Source: Clostridiales bacterium UBA7044 (GTDB lineage Bacteria; Bacillota; Clostridia; Oscillospirales; Oscillospiraceae). From it: DNA of 64,000 bases. Of this stretch, positions 36,568 through 45,398 are shown one piece after another. The DNA lies in contig DLAP01000022.1 in the NCBI GenBank assembly GCA_002493965.1, forward strand, positions 11,621-75,620, written 5' to 3'. The notes beneath the pieces were generated by a model. That model made no database searches and was not told the DNA's origin. It saw only the letters and a list, made by a program, of their open reading frames with translations. Every line of letters starts with the position of its first letter. Position 1 is the first letter of the stretch. Made by a program: the position numbers and the translations under genes.

Positions 36568-38944
36568 GCTGACCCGCGCCGAACGAAAACAGATCGAGGC
36601 AGCGATTGCCCGCGCCAACCGCACGGGCAAAAAGGAACAGTCCGCCCAGGACAGCATCCCCTATGAACGGATGTGGCCGGACGGCATCTGCAAGGTGGCG
36701 GATGGCCGCTACACGAAAACCATCCAGTTCCAGGACATCAACTACCAGCTGAGCCAGAACGAGGACAAGACCGCCATCTTTGAAGGCTGGTGCGATTTCC
36801 TCAACTATTTTGACAGCTCCATCCGTTTCCAGCTGTCCTTTTTGAACCTGGCAGCGTCCCAGGAGACCTTCGCCAACAGCATCACCATCCCGGCTCAGGG
36901 AGATGACTTTGACCCCATCCGGGTGGAGTACACGCAGATGCTGCAAAACCAGCTGGCGCGGGGCAACAACGGCCTCATCAAGACCAAGTACCTGACCTTT
37001 TCCATCGAGGCCGACAGCATCCGCTCCGCCAAGCCCCGTCTGGAGCGTATCGAGACCGATGTGCTGAACAACTTCAAGCGGCTGGGCGTGGCCGCCGAGG
37101 TCCTGGACGGCAAAGCTCGGCTGGCCCAGCTCCACGCCATCTTCCACATGGACGAGCAGGCGCCCTTCCAGTTCGAGTGGGACTGGCTGGCTCCCAGCGG
37201 TCTTTCCACCAAAGACTTTATTGCGCCGTCCGGCTTTGAGTTCCGCACCGGCAAGCAGTTCCGCATGGGAAAGAAGTACGGGGCCATCAGCTTCGTGCAG
37301 ATTCTGGCCCCGGAACTGAATGACCGTATGCTGGCGGATTTTCTCGATATGGAAAGTTCCCTCATTGTGAATCTGCACATCCAGTCGGTGGATCAGGTGA
37401 AGGCCATCAAGACGGTGAAGCGCAAGATCACCGACCTGGACCGCAGCAAGATCGAGGAACAGAAAAAGGCCGTCCGCGCCGGGTATGACATGGACATCAT
37501 CCCCTCCGACCTTGCCACCTACGGGGCCGAGGCCAAGAAGCTGTTGCAGGACCTGCAAAGCCGCAACGAGCGGATGTTCCTGGTGACGTTCCTGGTGCTG
37601 AACACGGCGGACAATCCCCGCCAGCTGGGCAACAACATCTTCCAGGCCAGCTCCATCGCGCAAAAGTACAACTGCCAGCTGACCCGGCTGGACTTCCAGC
37701 AGGAGGAAGGCTTGATGTCCTCTCTGCCGCTGGGGCTGAACCAGGTGGAAATTCAGCGGGGGCTGACTACCAGCTCCACCGCCATCTTCGTGCCGTTCAC
37801 GACCCAGGAGCTTTTTCAGAACGGCAAGGAGGCGCTGTACTACGGCATCAACGCCCTGTCCAACAACCTCATCATGGTGGACCGCAAACTGCTGAAAAAC
37901 CCCAACGGCCTGATTCTGGGTACGCCGGGCAGCGGCAAATCCTTCAGCGCCAAGCGCGAGATCGCCAACTGCTTCCTGCTGACTTCGGATGATGTCATCA
38001 TCTGCGACCCGGAGGCCGAGTACGCGCCGCTGGTGGAGCGCCTGCACGGGCAGGTCATCAAGATTTCGCCCACCTCCACCAACTACATCAACCCGATGGA
38101 CCTGAACCTGGACTATTCGGACGATGAAAGCCCGCTGTCGCTGAAATCCGACTTCATTTTGTCGCTGTGCGAGCTGATTGTGGGTGGCAAGGACGGATTG
38201 CAGCCGGTGCAGAAAACCATCATTGACCGCTGTGTGCGGCTGGTGTATCAGGACTACCTCAACGATCCGCGCCCGGAGAATATGCCCATTCTGGAGGACC
38301 TGTACGACCTGCTGCGGGCGCAGGATGAGAAAGAGGCGCAGTACATCGCAACGGCGCTGGAAATCTACGTCACCGGCTCCCTCAACGTGTTCAACCACCG
38401 CAGCAACGTGGACATCAACAACCGCATTGTCTGCTACGACATCAAGGAGCTGGGCAAGCAGCTGAAAAAGATCGGGATGCTGGTGGTCCAGGACCAGGTG
38501 TGGAACCGCGTCACCATCAACCGGGCCGCTCACAAGTCCACCCGCTACTACATCGACGAGATGCACCTGCTCTTGAAAGAGGAACAGACCGCCGCCTACA
38601 CGGTGGAGATTTGGAAGCGGTTCAGAAAGTGGGGCGGCATCCCGACAGGCATCACCCAGAACGTGAAGGACCTGCTTTCTTCCCGCGAGGTGGAGAACAT
38701 CTTTGAAAACTCTGACTTCGTGTATATGCTCAACCAGGCGGGTGGTGACCGGCAGATTTTGGCCCGGCAGCTGGGCATTTCCCCGCACCAGCTGTCCTAT
38801 GTGACCCACTCCGGCGAGGGCGAGGGGCTGCTGTTCTATGGCTCCACCATCCTGCCCTTTGTGGACCACTTCCCCAAGAATACCGAACTGTATCGCATTA
38901 TGACGACCAAACCCCAGGAAATGAAGGAGGCTGATGGACGATGA
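36497..38944 (+). CDS. virB4: VirB4-like conjugal transfer ATPase
   Basis: GTPGSGKS, DPEAEY, YIDEMH, RFRKWGG; start re-called to ATG with AAGGAGGT RBS. Confidence 0.95.
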   Translation: MTLFAVKTKRQAEPAQPQTKLRRKLTRAERKQIEAAIARANRTGKKEQSAQDSIPYERMWPDGICKVADGRYTKTIQFQDINYQLSQNEDKTAIFEGWCDFLNYFDSSIRFQLSFLNLAASQETFANSITIPAQGDDFDPIRVEYTQMLQNQLARGNNGLIKTKYLTFSIEADSIRSAKPRLERIETDVLNNFKRLGVAAEVLDGKARLAQLHAIFHMDEQAPFQFEWDWLAPSGLSTKDFIAPSGFEFRTGKQFRMGKKYGAISFVQILAPELNDRMLADFLDMESSLIVNLHIQSVDQVKAIKTVKRKITDLDRSKIEEQKKAVRAGYDMDIIPSDLATYGAEAKKLLQDLQSRNERMFLVTFLVLNTADNPRQLGNNIFQASSIAQKYNCQLTRLDFQQEEGLMSSLPLGLNQVEIQRGLTTSSTAIFVPFTTQELFQNGKEALYYGINALSNNLIMVDRKLLKNPNGLILGTPGSGKSFSAKREIANCFLLTSDDVIICDPEAEYAPLVERLHGQVIKISPTSTNYINPMDLNLDYSDDESPLSLKSDFILSLCELIVGGKDGLQPVQKTIIDRCVRLVYQDYLNDPRPENMPILEDLYDLLRAQDEKEAQYIATALEIYVTGSLNVFNHRSNVDINNRIVCYDIKELGKQLKKIGMLVVQDQVWNRVTINRAAHKSTRYYIDEMHLLLKEEQTAAYTVEIWKRFRKWGGIPTGITQNVKDLLSSREVENIFENSDFVYMLNQAGGDRQILARQLGISPHQLSYVTHSGEGEGLLFYGSTILPFVDHFPKNTELYRIMTTKPQEMKEADGR

Positions 38945-39321
38945 AACCCGAAATTCTGCATAACGACCACATGATGTTTCTGGACCGGGCGCTGGAAACC
39001 CAGCGCACCGCGCTGCTGACGGCGATGGCGGACGCGGTTGCCGAGTGCCGCACGGCGGCGGACCAGGCCGCTGAACTGACTGAAACCGGCGAAATTGGCC
39101 TGCTGCGGCTGGTGGAGATTCTGTGCGCCGCCAAGGTCCAGCGCGGGCAGGCCGGTGAGACTGTGCTGGAGGGCACCGAGGTCCAGATTTTGGCCGACGT
39201 GGTGGCCCAGCTCTACGCCTGCCTGACCGAGTGCCGCTTTGTGGGTCCGCTGGGGCTGGCGGCCTATGCGGAGCTTTCCAGCATGGCGGCCTCCCTCATG
39301 CTGGGGGAATGGTTTGATTAA
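38941..39321 (+). CDS. Hypothetical helical protein
   Basis: AAGGAGG RBS, ATGA overlap with virB4. Confidence 0.75.
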   Translation: MKPEILHNDHMMFLDRALETQRTALLTAMADAVAECRTAADQAAELTETGEIGLLRLVEILCAAKVQRGQAGETVLEGTEVQILADVVAQLYACLTECRFVGPLGLAAYAELSSMAASLMLGEWFD

Positions 39322-41047
39322 GGAACCGCGCCTGCGCTTCACGGAGGAAGAACGGGCGGACCCGGTGCTGGAAAAGCCCATCCGCAAGGCGGAAAAGGCC
39401 GCCGCCAAAGCGGACAAGGCGCAGGCAAAAATCCCGAAAAAGCAGGTCAAGCGGGCTGAGGTGGACCCCAAGACCGGCAAGGTCACGACTAAGTTGGTGC
39501 TGGAGGATAAGCCCCGGCCGCTCTCCAAGTTGTCCCATACGGTGCGGGACGCGCCGGGCAACGCGGTGGCGGGCAAGATTCACCAGGAGATTCAGGAGTC
39601 CGAGGATGACAACGTGGGTGTGGAGAGTGCCCACAAGTCTGAGGAAGCCGTGGAGACCGGCGTGCATCTGGTGCGGGAGGGCTACCGCAGCCACAAGCTG
39701 AAACCCTACCGCAAGGCCGCCCAGGCCGAACGGAAGCTGGAAAAGGCTAATGTGAACGCCCTCTATCAGAAGTCTTTGCAGGAAAATCCTCAGCTTGCCA
39801 GCAATCCGCTGTCCCGCTGGCAGCAGAAACAGCAAATCAAGAAACAGTACGCCGCCGCCAAACGGGCCGCACAGTCCGGCGGGAGCGCCGCCGGTGCCGC
39901 CCAAAAGACCGGCAAGGCGGCCAAGACGGTCAAGGAGAAAGCCCAGCAGGCCGGGGCCTATGTGATGCGCCACAAAAAGGGCTTTGGCATCGTGCTGGCG
40001 ATTTTCCTGCTGGTCTGCCTGCTGCTCAACACCATGTCCTCCTGTTCCATGATGGCGCAGAGCATCGGTTCGGCGATCTCCGGCACCACCTACCCCTCCG
40101 ATGACCCGGAGCTGGTGGCGGTGGAGGCCGACTACGCCGCCAAGGAGGCCGCGCTGCAAGCCGAGATCGACAACATCGAGAGCAGCCACCCCGGCTACGA
40201 CGAGTACCGCTATGACCTGGATATGATCGGCCACGACCCACATGAGCTGGCGGCCTATCTGTCCGCCGTCTTGCAGGGCTACACGCAGGCAAGCGCCCAG
40301 GCGGAGTTGGAACGCATCTTCGCAGCCCAATACCAGCTGACGCTGACCGAGGAAGTGGAGGTGCGCTACCGCACCGAGACCCGGACGGACAGCGAGGGCA
40401 ACGAGTATGATGTGGAAGTGCCCTATAACTATTACATCTTAAATGTGACCCTCACCAGCAAGCCCATCTCCTCCGTGGCTTCGGAGCTGCTGACGCCTGA
40501 CCAGCTGGAAATGTACCAGGTGTACCGGCAGACGCTGGGCAACAAGCCCCTGATCTTCGGCGGCGGGTCCGCCGACACCAGCGATTCCGAGAGTTTGGCC
40601 GGTGTGGAGTTTGTCAACGGCACCCGGCCTGGCAATCAGGCGGTGGTGGACATCGCCAAAAGCCAGGTAGGCAACGTGGGCGGCCAGCCCTATTGGAGCT
40701 GGTACGGCTTTAATTCCCGCGTGGAATGGTGCGCCTGCTTTGTGTCCTGGTGCTACGGCCAGATGGGCCTTTCCGAGCCGCGCTTTGCCGCCTGCCAGTC
40801 CCAGGGCATTCCCTGGTTCCAGTCGCATGGACAATGGGGCGGGCGGGATTACGCCAACATCGCCCCCGGCGACGCAATCTTCTTCGATTGGGACCTGGAC
40901 GGCAGCGCCGACCATGTGGGCATTGTTGTCGGCACCGATGGCAGCCGGGTTTACACCGTGGAGGGCAATTCCGGCGACGCTTGCAAGATCAAGAGTTATT
41001 CCTTGACCTACGAGTGCATCAAGGGCTACGGCTTGATGAATTGGTGA
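39314..41047 (+). CDS. CHAP-domain peptidoglycan hydrolase (VirB1 analogue)
   Basis: Charged N-domain, TM, EWCACFVSW, PGD, HVGIV, VEGN; TTG start approximate. Confidence 0.88.
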   Translation: MIKEPRLRFTEEERADPVLEKPIRKAEKAAAKADKAQAKIPKKQVKRAEVDPKTGKVTTKLVLEDKPRPLSKLSHTVRDAPGNAVAGKIHQEIQESEDDNVGVESAHKSEEAVETGVHLVREGYRSHKLKPYRKAAQAERKLEKANVNALYQKSLQENPQLASNPLSRWQQKQQIKKQYAAAKRAAQSGGSAAGAAQKTGKAAKTVKEKAQQAGAYVMRHKKGFGIVLAIFLLVCLLLNTMSSCSMMAQSIGSAISGTTYPSDDPELVAVEADYAAKEAALQAEIDNIESSHPGYDEYRYDLDMIGHDPHELAAYLSAVLQGYTQASAQAELERIFAAQYQLTLTEEVEVRYRTETRTDSEGNEYDVEVPYNYYILNVTLTSKPISSVASELLTPDQLEMYQVYRQTLGNKPLIFGGGSADTSDSESLAGVEFVNGTRPGNQAVVDIAKSQVGNVGGQPYWSWYGFNSRVEWCACFVSWCYGQMGLSEPRFAACQSQGIPWFQSHGQWGGRDYANIAPGDAIFFDWDLDGSADHVGIVVGTDGSRVYTVEGNSGDACKIKSYSLTYECIKGYGLMNW

Positions 41048-41068
41048 TTTTTTGCGGAGGTATAAAAA

Positions 41069-41791
41069 CTGAATATTGTATCCTTTGGGGGCGGCACGAA
41101 CAGTGCCGCTCTTTTAGTTGGGCTTCATCAGCACGGGATTCCCGTTGACCTTATCACCTTTGCGGATACCGGGGCGGAACATCCCCACACCTATCAGTTC
41201 CTTGAAACTATGAACGAATGGCTTCGCGCCCACGGTATGCCGCCCATCACGGTGGTGGAAAAGATGGACCGCAACGGCAACCGCCTGACATTGGAAACAG
41301 AGTGTCTGCGATCCGGCACGCTTCCCTCCATTGCTTACGGGTTTAAGCGGTGTTCTCAGAAGCACAAGGTCGGGCCGCAGGAAAAGTTCTGTAACCACCA
41401 CCCGCTGTGCCGCGCTGTGTGGCAGGCCGGGAACCGGGTCACACGGTTTATCGGCTACGATGCCGGGGAGCGGAAACGGTATGAGCATTCCAGAAAATTC
41501 AATGAAGCGGACAAAAAATATGAGAACCGCTACCCGCTGATCGAGGATTGGCACTGGACGCGAGACGATTGTATTCGGGCGATCCAGGAGGCGGGTCTGC
41601 CTCTGCCCGGCAAATCGTCCTGCTTCTTCTGTCCCAGCATGAAGCGAGAGGAAATCGAAGCCCTGAAACGGCAGCACCCCGACCTGTACCGGCGGGCGCT
41701 TGCCATCGAAGAAAACGCGATGCCCCATCTCAAAACCGTCAAAGGTTTGGGGCGCAACTACGCTTGGAAAGAGCGATATGGAATGGAGTGA
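41069..41791 (+). CDS. PP-loop / PAPS-reductase-family protein (CTG start)
   Basis: Frame open upstream of the listed ATG: (M)NIVSFGGGTNS..FADTGAEHP.TY..RCS..K..YPL..W..SSCFFCP; GGAGG RBS 8 nt before CTG. Confidence 0.8.
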   Translation: MNIVSFGGGTNSAALLVGLHQHGIPVDLITFADTGAEHPHTYQFLETMNEWLRAHGMPPITVVEKMDRNGNRLTLETECLRSGTLPSIAYGFKRCSQKHKVGPQEKFCNHHPLCRAVWQAGNRVTRFIGYDAGERKRYEHSRKFNEADKKYENRYPLIEDWHWTRDDCIRAIQEAGLPLPGKSSCFFCPSMKREEIEALKRQHPDLYRRALAIEENAMPHLKTVKGLGRNYAWKERYGME

Positions 41792-41798
41792 TTTGACT

Positions 41799-42053
41799 AT
41801 GGCTAAAAACAAAATCGAGCGCATCGACCAGGAGATCGCCAAAACTCGCGAGAAGATCGCGGAACAGCAGGAAAAGCTGAAAGACCTGGAAGCGCAGAAA
41901 ACCGAGGCGGAGAACCTGGAGATCGTCCAGATGGTGCGCGCCCTGCGCATGACCCCGGCCCAGCTGTCCGCCATGCTGTCCGGCGGCATGGTGCCCGGCC
42001 GGGCGGCGGGTCCCGCTGATTCTGAACAGGAGGAAATGACCCATGAAGAATAA
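41799..42053 (+). CDS. DUF4315-like coiled-coil protein
   Basis: KIERIDQEIAKTREKI..KTEAENLEIVQMVR. Confidence 0.82.
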   Translation: MAKNKIERIDQEIAKTREKIAEQQEKLKDLEAQKTEAENLEIVQMVRALRMTPAQLSAMLSGGMVPGRAAGPADSEQEEMTHEE

Positions 42054-42825
42054 GAAGATTTTCAGAACCTTTGCCGCCCTTTGCACCTGCCTGATGCTGA
42101 TGGGCGGCTTCTCTGTGCCCGCCTTTGCCCAGGGCGCTGACCCTGCGCCGACGGCTACCCCTGCGGCGGACGCCACCAATGACAGCAACGTGGTGGTGGA
42201 GGAAACCGAGGACAGCCCCGCCCTGACCCCGGAGGGCAACGCCGCCCTGGTGGATGATTTCGGCGGCAACAAGCAGCTCATCACCGTCACCACCAAGGCG
42301 GGCAACTACTTCTATATCCTCATTGACCGAGCCAACGAGGATAAGGAGACCGCCGTCCACTTCTTGAACCAGGTGGACGAGGCTGACCTGAAGGCGCTGA
42401 TGGAGGACGGCGAGACGGCAGAGGAAACACCCGCTGTCTGCAACTGCACAGAAAAATGCGCCGCCGGTGCGGTGAATACGGCCTGCCCGGTCTGCGCCGT
42501 GAACATGGCAGAGTGTACGGGCCAGGAGCCGGAACCCACGCCCGTCCCGGAAACAGACCCGGAGCCGGAACAGGAACCGGCAGGGTTGAATCCGGCGATG
42601 CTGCTTGTGGTGCTGGCTGTGCTGGGCGGCATCGGTGCGATGGTCTACTTCAAATTCATCAAGCAGAAGCCCAAGACCAAGGGCAGCGACAACCTGGATG
42701 ATTACGACTACGGTGAGGACGATACCGAACAGGAGGATGCGGACCCCTGGGAGACCGAGGAATCCGACGAGCCGGAGGACGCCGACGGGGGCGGCGATGA
42801 GGAAAGCGAGAACCCGGCCAAATGA
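42043..42825 (+). CDS. DUF4366-like membrane-anchored surface protein
   Basis: Signal peptide, LTPEGN, KQLITVTTK..FYILIDR..FLNQVDEADL, Cys cluster, TM, acidic tail. Confidence 0.82.
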   Translation: MKNKKIFRTFAALCTCLMLMGGFSVPAFAQGADPAPTATPAADATNDSNVVVEETEDSPALTPEGNAALVDDFGGNKQLITVTTKAGNYFYILIDRANEDKETAVHFLNQVDEADLKALMEDGETAEETPAVCNCTEKCAAGAVNTACPVCAVNMAECTGQEPEPTPVPETDPEPEQEPAGLNPAMLLVVLAVLGGIGAMVYFKFIKQKPKTKGSDNLDDYDYGEDDTEQEDADPWETEESDEPEDADGGGDEESENPAK

Positions 42826-43022
42826 CCCGATTCACCGACAGCCCTTATGAATCCATGATGACGCGCAGGCCGGAGGGCGGGAAGGCGGCTTCCCGTCCTC
42901 CCTCTTTATCTCCCGGCCACCCCTGCTATGGCTGTGGAACCTACCGCCCCGGCCAGCCCTGCGTGGGCTTCTGCCACAAAGAGCTGACTGCGTGGCTGCG
43001 CGAAAGGAGGAAGCAAAAATGA
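42822..43022 (+). CDS. Small Cys-containing hypothetical protein
   Basis: ATGA overlaps at both ends; FTDSPYE.MM, CYGC..CVGFC. Confidence 0.7.
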   Translation: MTRFTDSPYESMMTRRPEGGKAASRPPSLSPGHPCYGCGTYRPGQPCVGFCHKELTAWLRERRKQK

Positions 43023-45118
43023 AATTGGTAATTGCCGAAAAGCCCTCGGTGGCAAAATCCCTGGCCGCCGTGCTGGGCGCTGTTACCCGCAAAGACGGCT
43101 ACCTGGAAGGCGGCGGCTGGCTGGTGAGCTGGTGCCTGGGGCATCTGGCCGGGCTGGCAGACGCCGCCACCTACAACCCCGATTATGCCAAGTGGCGCTA
43201 TGATGACCTGCCCATTTTGCCGGAGTCCTGGCGCTTCACCATCGCCAAGGATAAGCGGGATCAGTTTGACGTGCTGCGGACCCTGCTGCGGCGGGAGGAC
43301 GTGACAGAAGTAGTCAACGCCTGCGACGCCGGGCGAGAGGGCGAGCTGATTTTCCGCACCGTTTACTGCCTGGCGGGCTGTCAAAAGCCCATGAAACGGC
43401 TGTGGATCAGCAGCATGGAGGATTCCGCCATCCGGGAGGGCTTTGCACACCTGCGCCCCGGCGCGGACTATGACGGACTGCATCAGGCGGCCCTCTGCCG
43501 TGCCAAAGCGGACTGGCTGGTGGGTATCAACGCCACCCGGCTGTTTTCGGTACTGTACCACCGCACTCTCAACATTGGGCGGGTCATGTCCCCGACGCTG
43601 GCCCTCATCGTTCAGCGGGAGGCAGAGATCGACGCCTTCAAGCCGGTGCCGTTTTATACGGTGGCGCTGGACCTGCCCGGTTTTACCGCTGCCAGCGCCC
43701 GCATGGACAAGAAAGCCGATGCCGAACAGCTGAAAAACGCCTGCCAAAGCGGCACGGTGACGGTCAAACAGGTGGCGCGCAGGGACAAATCCGAGAAGCC
43801 GCCCGCCCTCTATGACCTCACCACCCTCCAACGGGACGCCAACCGCCTGTTAGGCTTCACGGCGCAGCAGACGCTGGACTATCTGCAAAACCTCTATGAA
43901 AAGAAGCTCTGCACCTATCCCCGGACGGACAGCCGCTACCTGACCTCCGACATGGCCGAGGGCCTGCCGGTGCTGGTGAATCTGGTCGCCAACGCCATGC
44001 CGTTCCGCAAGGGCATCGCCATTTCCTGCGATGCGGCGGCGGTCATCAACGACAAGAAAGTGACCGACCACCATGCGGTGATCCCTACCCGCAACATCCG
44101 GGAGGCGGACCTGTCCGCTCTGCCGGTGGGGGAACGGGCGATTTTGGAGCTGGTGGCGCTGCGGCTGCTGTGCGCGGTGGCCCATCCCTATATCTATGAT
44201 GAAACTTCTGTCACGGTGGAGTGCGCCGGTGCGGAGTTTACCGCCAAAGGCCGCACGGTGAAGCAGCCCGGCTGGCGGGCGCTGGACGCCGCCTACCGGG
44301 CCAGCATGAAAAATGCGGAGCCGGATAAAGAAACCGAGGACAAGGCCCTGCCGGAGCTGGCCGAGGGCCAGGAGCTGCCTGTCGCCGGTGCCGCCGTCAA
44401 GGAGGGTAAGACCACCCCGCCCAAGCACTTCACCGAGGACACGCTGCTTTCTGCGATGGAGACTGCTGGTGCCAAAGATATGCCGGAGGACGCCGAGCGC
44501 AAGGGGCTGGGCACCCCCGCCACCCGCGCCGGGATTTTGGAGAAGCTGGTGTCCACCGGCTTTCTGGAACGCAAAAAGAGCAAGAAAACCGTGCAGCTTT
44601 TGCCGTCCCACGACGCCATTTCCCTGATTACCGTCCTGCCGGAGCAGCTGCAATCCCCGCTGCTGACTGCTGAATGGGAGTACCGGCTGGGCGAGATCGA
44701 GCGCGGCGAGCTGGCCCCGGAGGACTTCATGGCCGAGATCACAGCCATGCTGAAGGAGCTGGTGGGGACTTATCAGGTCATCAAGGGCAGCGAGTACCTG
44801 TTTGCCCCGCCCCGCGAGGTGGTGGGCAAATGCCCCCGCTGCGGCGGTGAAATTGCAGAAATGCAAAAAGGCTTCTTCTGCCAGGACAAATCTTGCAAAT
44901 TTGCAATCTGGAAGAACAACAAGTGGTGGGCCGCGAAGCGCAAACAGCCCACCAAGGCCATTGTGGCGGCGCTGCTGAAAGATGGCCGCACCCATGTGGC
45001 GGGGCTGTACTCCGAGAAAAGCGGCAAGACCTACGACGCCACCGTGGTGCTGGAAGATACCGGCCAGTACGTCAACTTCAAGCTGGAATTTGACCGGCAG
45101 AAAGGCGGCGGCAAATGA
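43019..45118 (+). CDS. topB: DNA topoisomerase III (ICE-encoded)
   Basis: IAEKPS, DAGREGE, TYPRTDS, HHAVIPT, GLGTPATRA, C-terminal Zn ribbon. Confidence 0.95.
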   Translation: MKLVIAEKPSVAKSLAAVLGAVTRKDGYLEGGGWLVSWCLGHLAGLADAATYNPDYAKWRYDDLPILPESWRFTIAKDKRDQFDVLRTLLRREDVTEVVNACDAGREGELIFRTVYCLAGCQKPMKRLWISSMEDSAIREGFAHLRPGADYDGLHQAALCRAKADWLVGINATRLFSVLYHRTLNIGRVMSPTLALIVQREAEIDAFKPVPFYTVALDLPGFTAASARMDKKADAEQLKNACQSGTVTVKQVARRDKSEKPPALYDLTTLQRDANRLLGFTAQQTLDYLQNLYEKKLCTYPRTDSRYLTSDMAEGLPVLVNLVANAMPFRKGIAISCDAAAVINDKKVTDHHAVIPTRNIREADLSALPVGERAILELVALRLLCAVAHPYIYDETSVTVECAGAEFTAKGRTVKQPGWRALDAAYRASMKNAEPDKETEDKALPELAEGQELPVAGAAVKEGKTTPPKHFTEDTLLSAMETAGAKDMPEDAERKGLGTPATRAGILEKLVSTGFLERKKSKKTVQLLPSHDAISLITVLPEQLQSPLLTAEWEYRLGEIERGELAPEDFMAEITAMLKELVGTYQVIKGSEYLFAPPREVVGKCPRCGGEIAEMQKGFFCQDKSCKFAIWKNNKWWAAKRKQPTKAIVAALLKDGRTHVAGLYSEKSGKTYDATVVLEDTGQYVNFKLEFDRQKGGGK

Positions 45119-45396
45119 AACTGAGTTTGTATGAACAGGAAACGATTATCCTCTACAACCAGGCCGAGGCCACCGCCGAGGTCTATTCCCACGACCCGCG
45201 CCTGCTGGAAAAGCTGCGGCGGCTGGCGGAAAAATACCCGGACCAGATCGTGAAAAAGGACCGCCAGACCTTCGTGGTGCCCAAACGCTGCGTGTCGGTG
45301 CGGGAGCCGTACAGCGCCGAGCGCCGCAAGGCCGCCAGCGAACGGGCCAAGGCCGCCGGGTACAAACCGCCCGTCCCGAACGCGGGCGGCAAGTAA
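45115..45396 (+). CDS. Hypothetical protein
   Basis: ATGA overlap; EQETIILYN motif. Confidence 0.75.
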   Translation: MKLSLYEQETIILYNQAEATAEVYSHDPRLLEKLRRLAEKYPDQIVKKDRQTFVVPKRCVSVREPYSAERRKAASERAKAAGYKPPVPNAGGK

Positions 45397-45398
45397 GC

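Noticed and set aside
41069..41791. Calling the PP-loop gene cysH or dndC
   Set aside because: No partner genes in the window and the motif (SFGGGTNS) is divergent; only superfamily-level assignment is supportable
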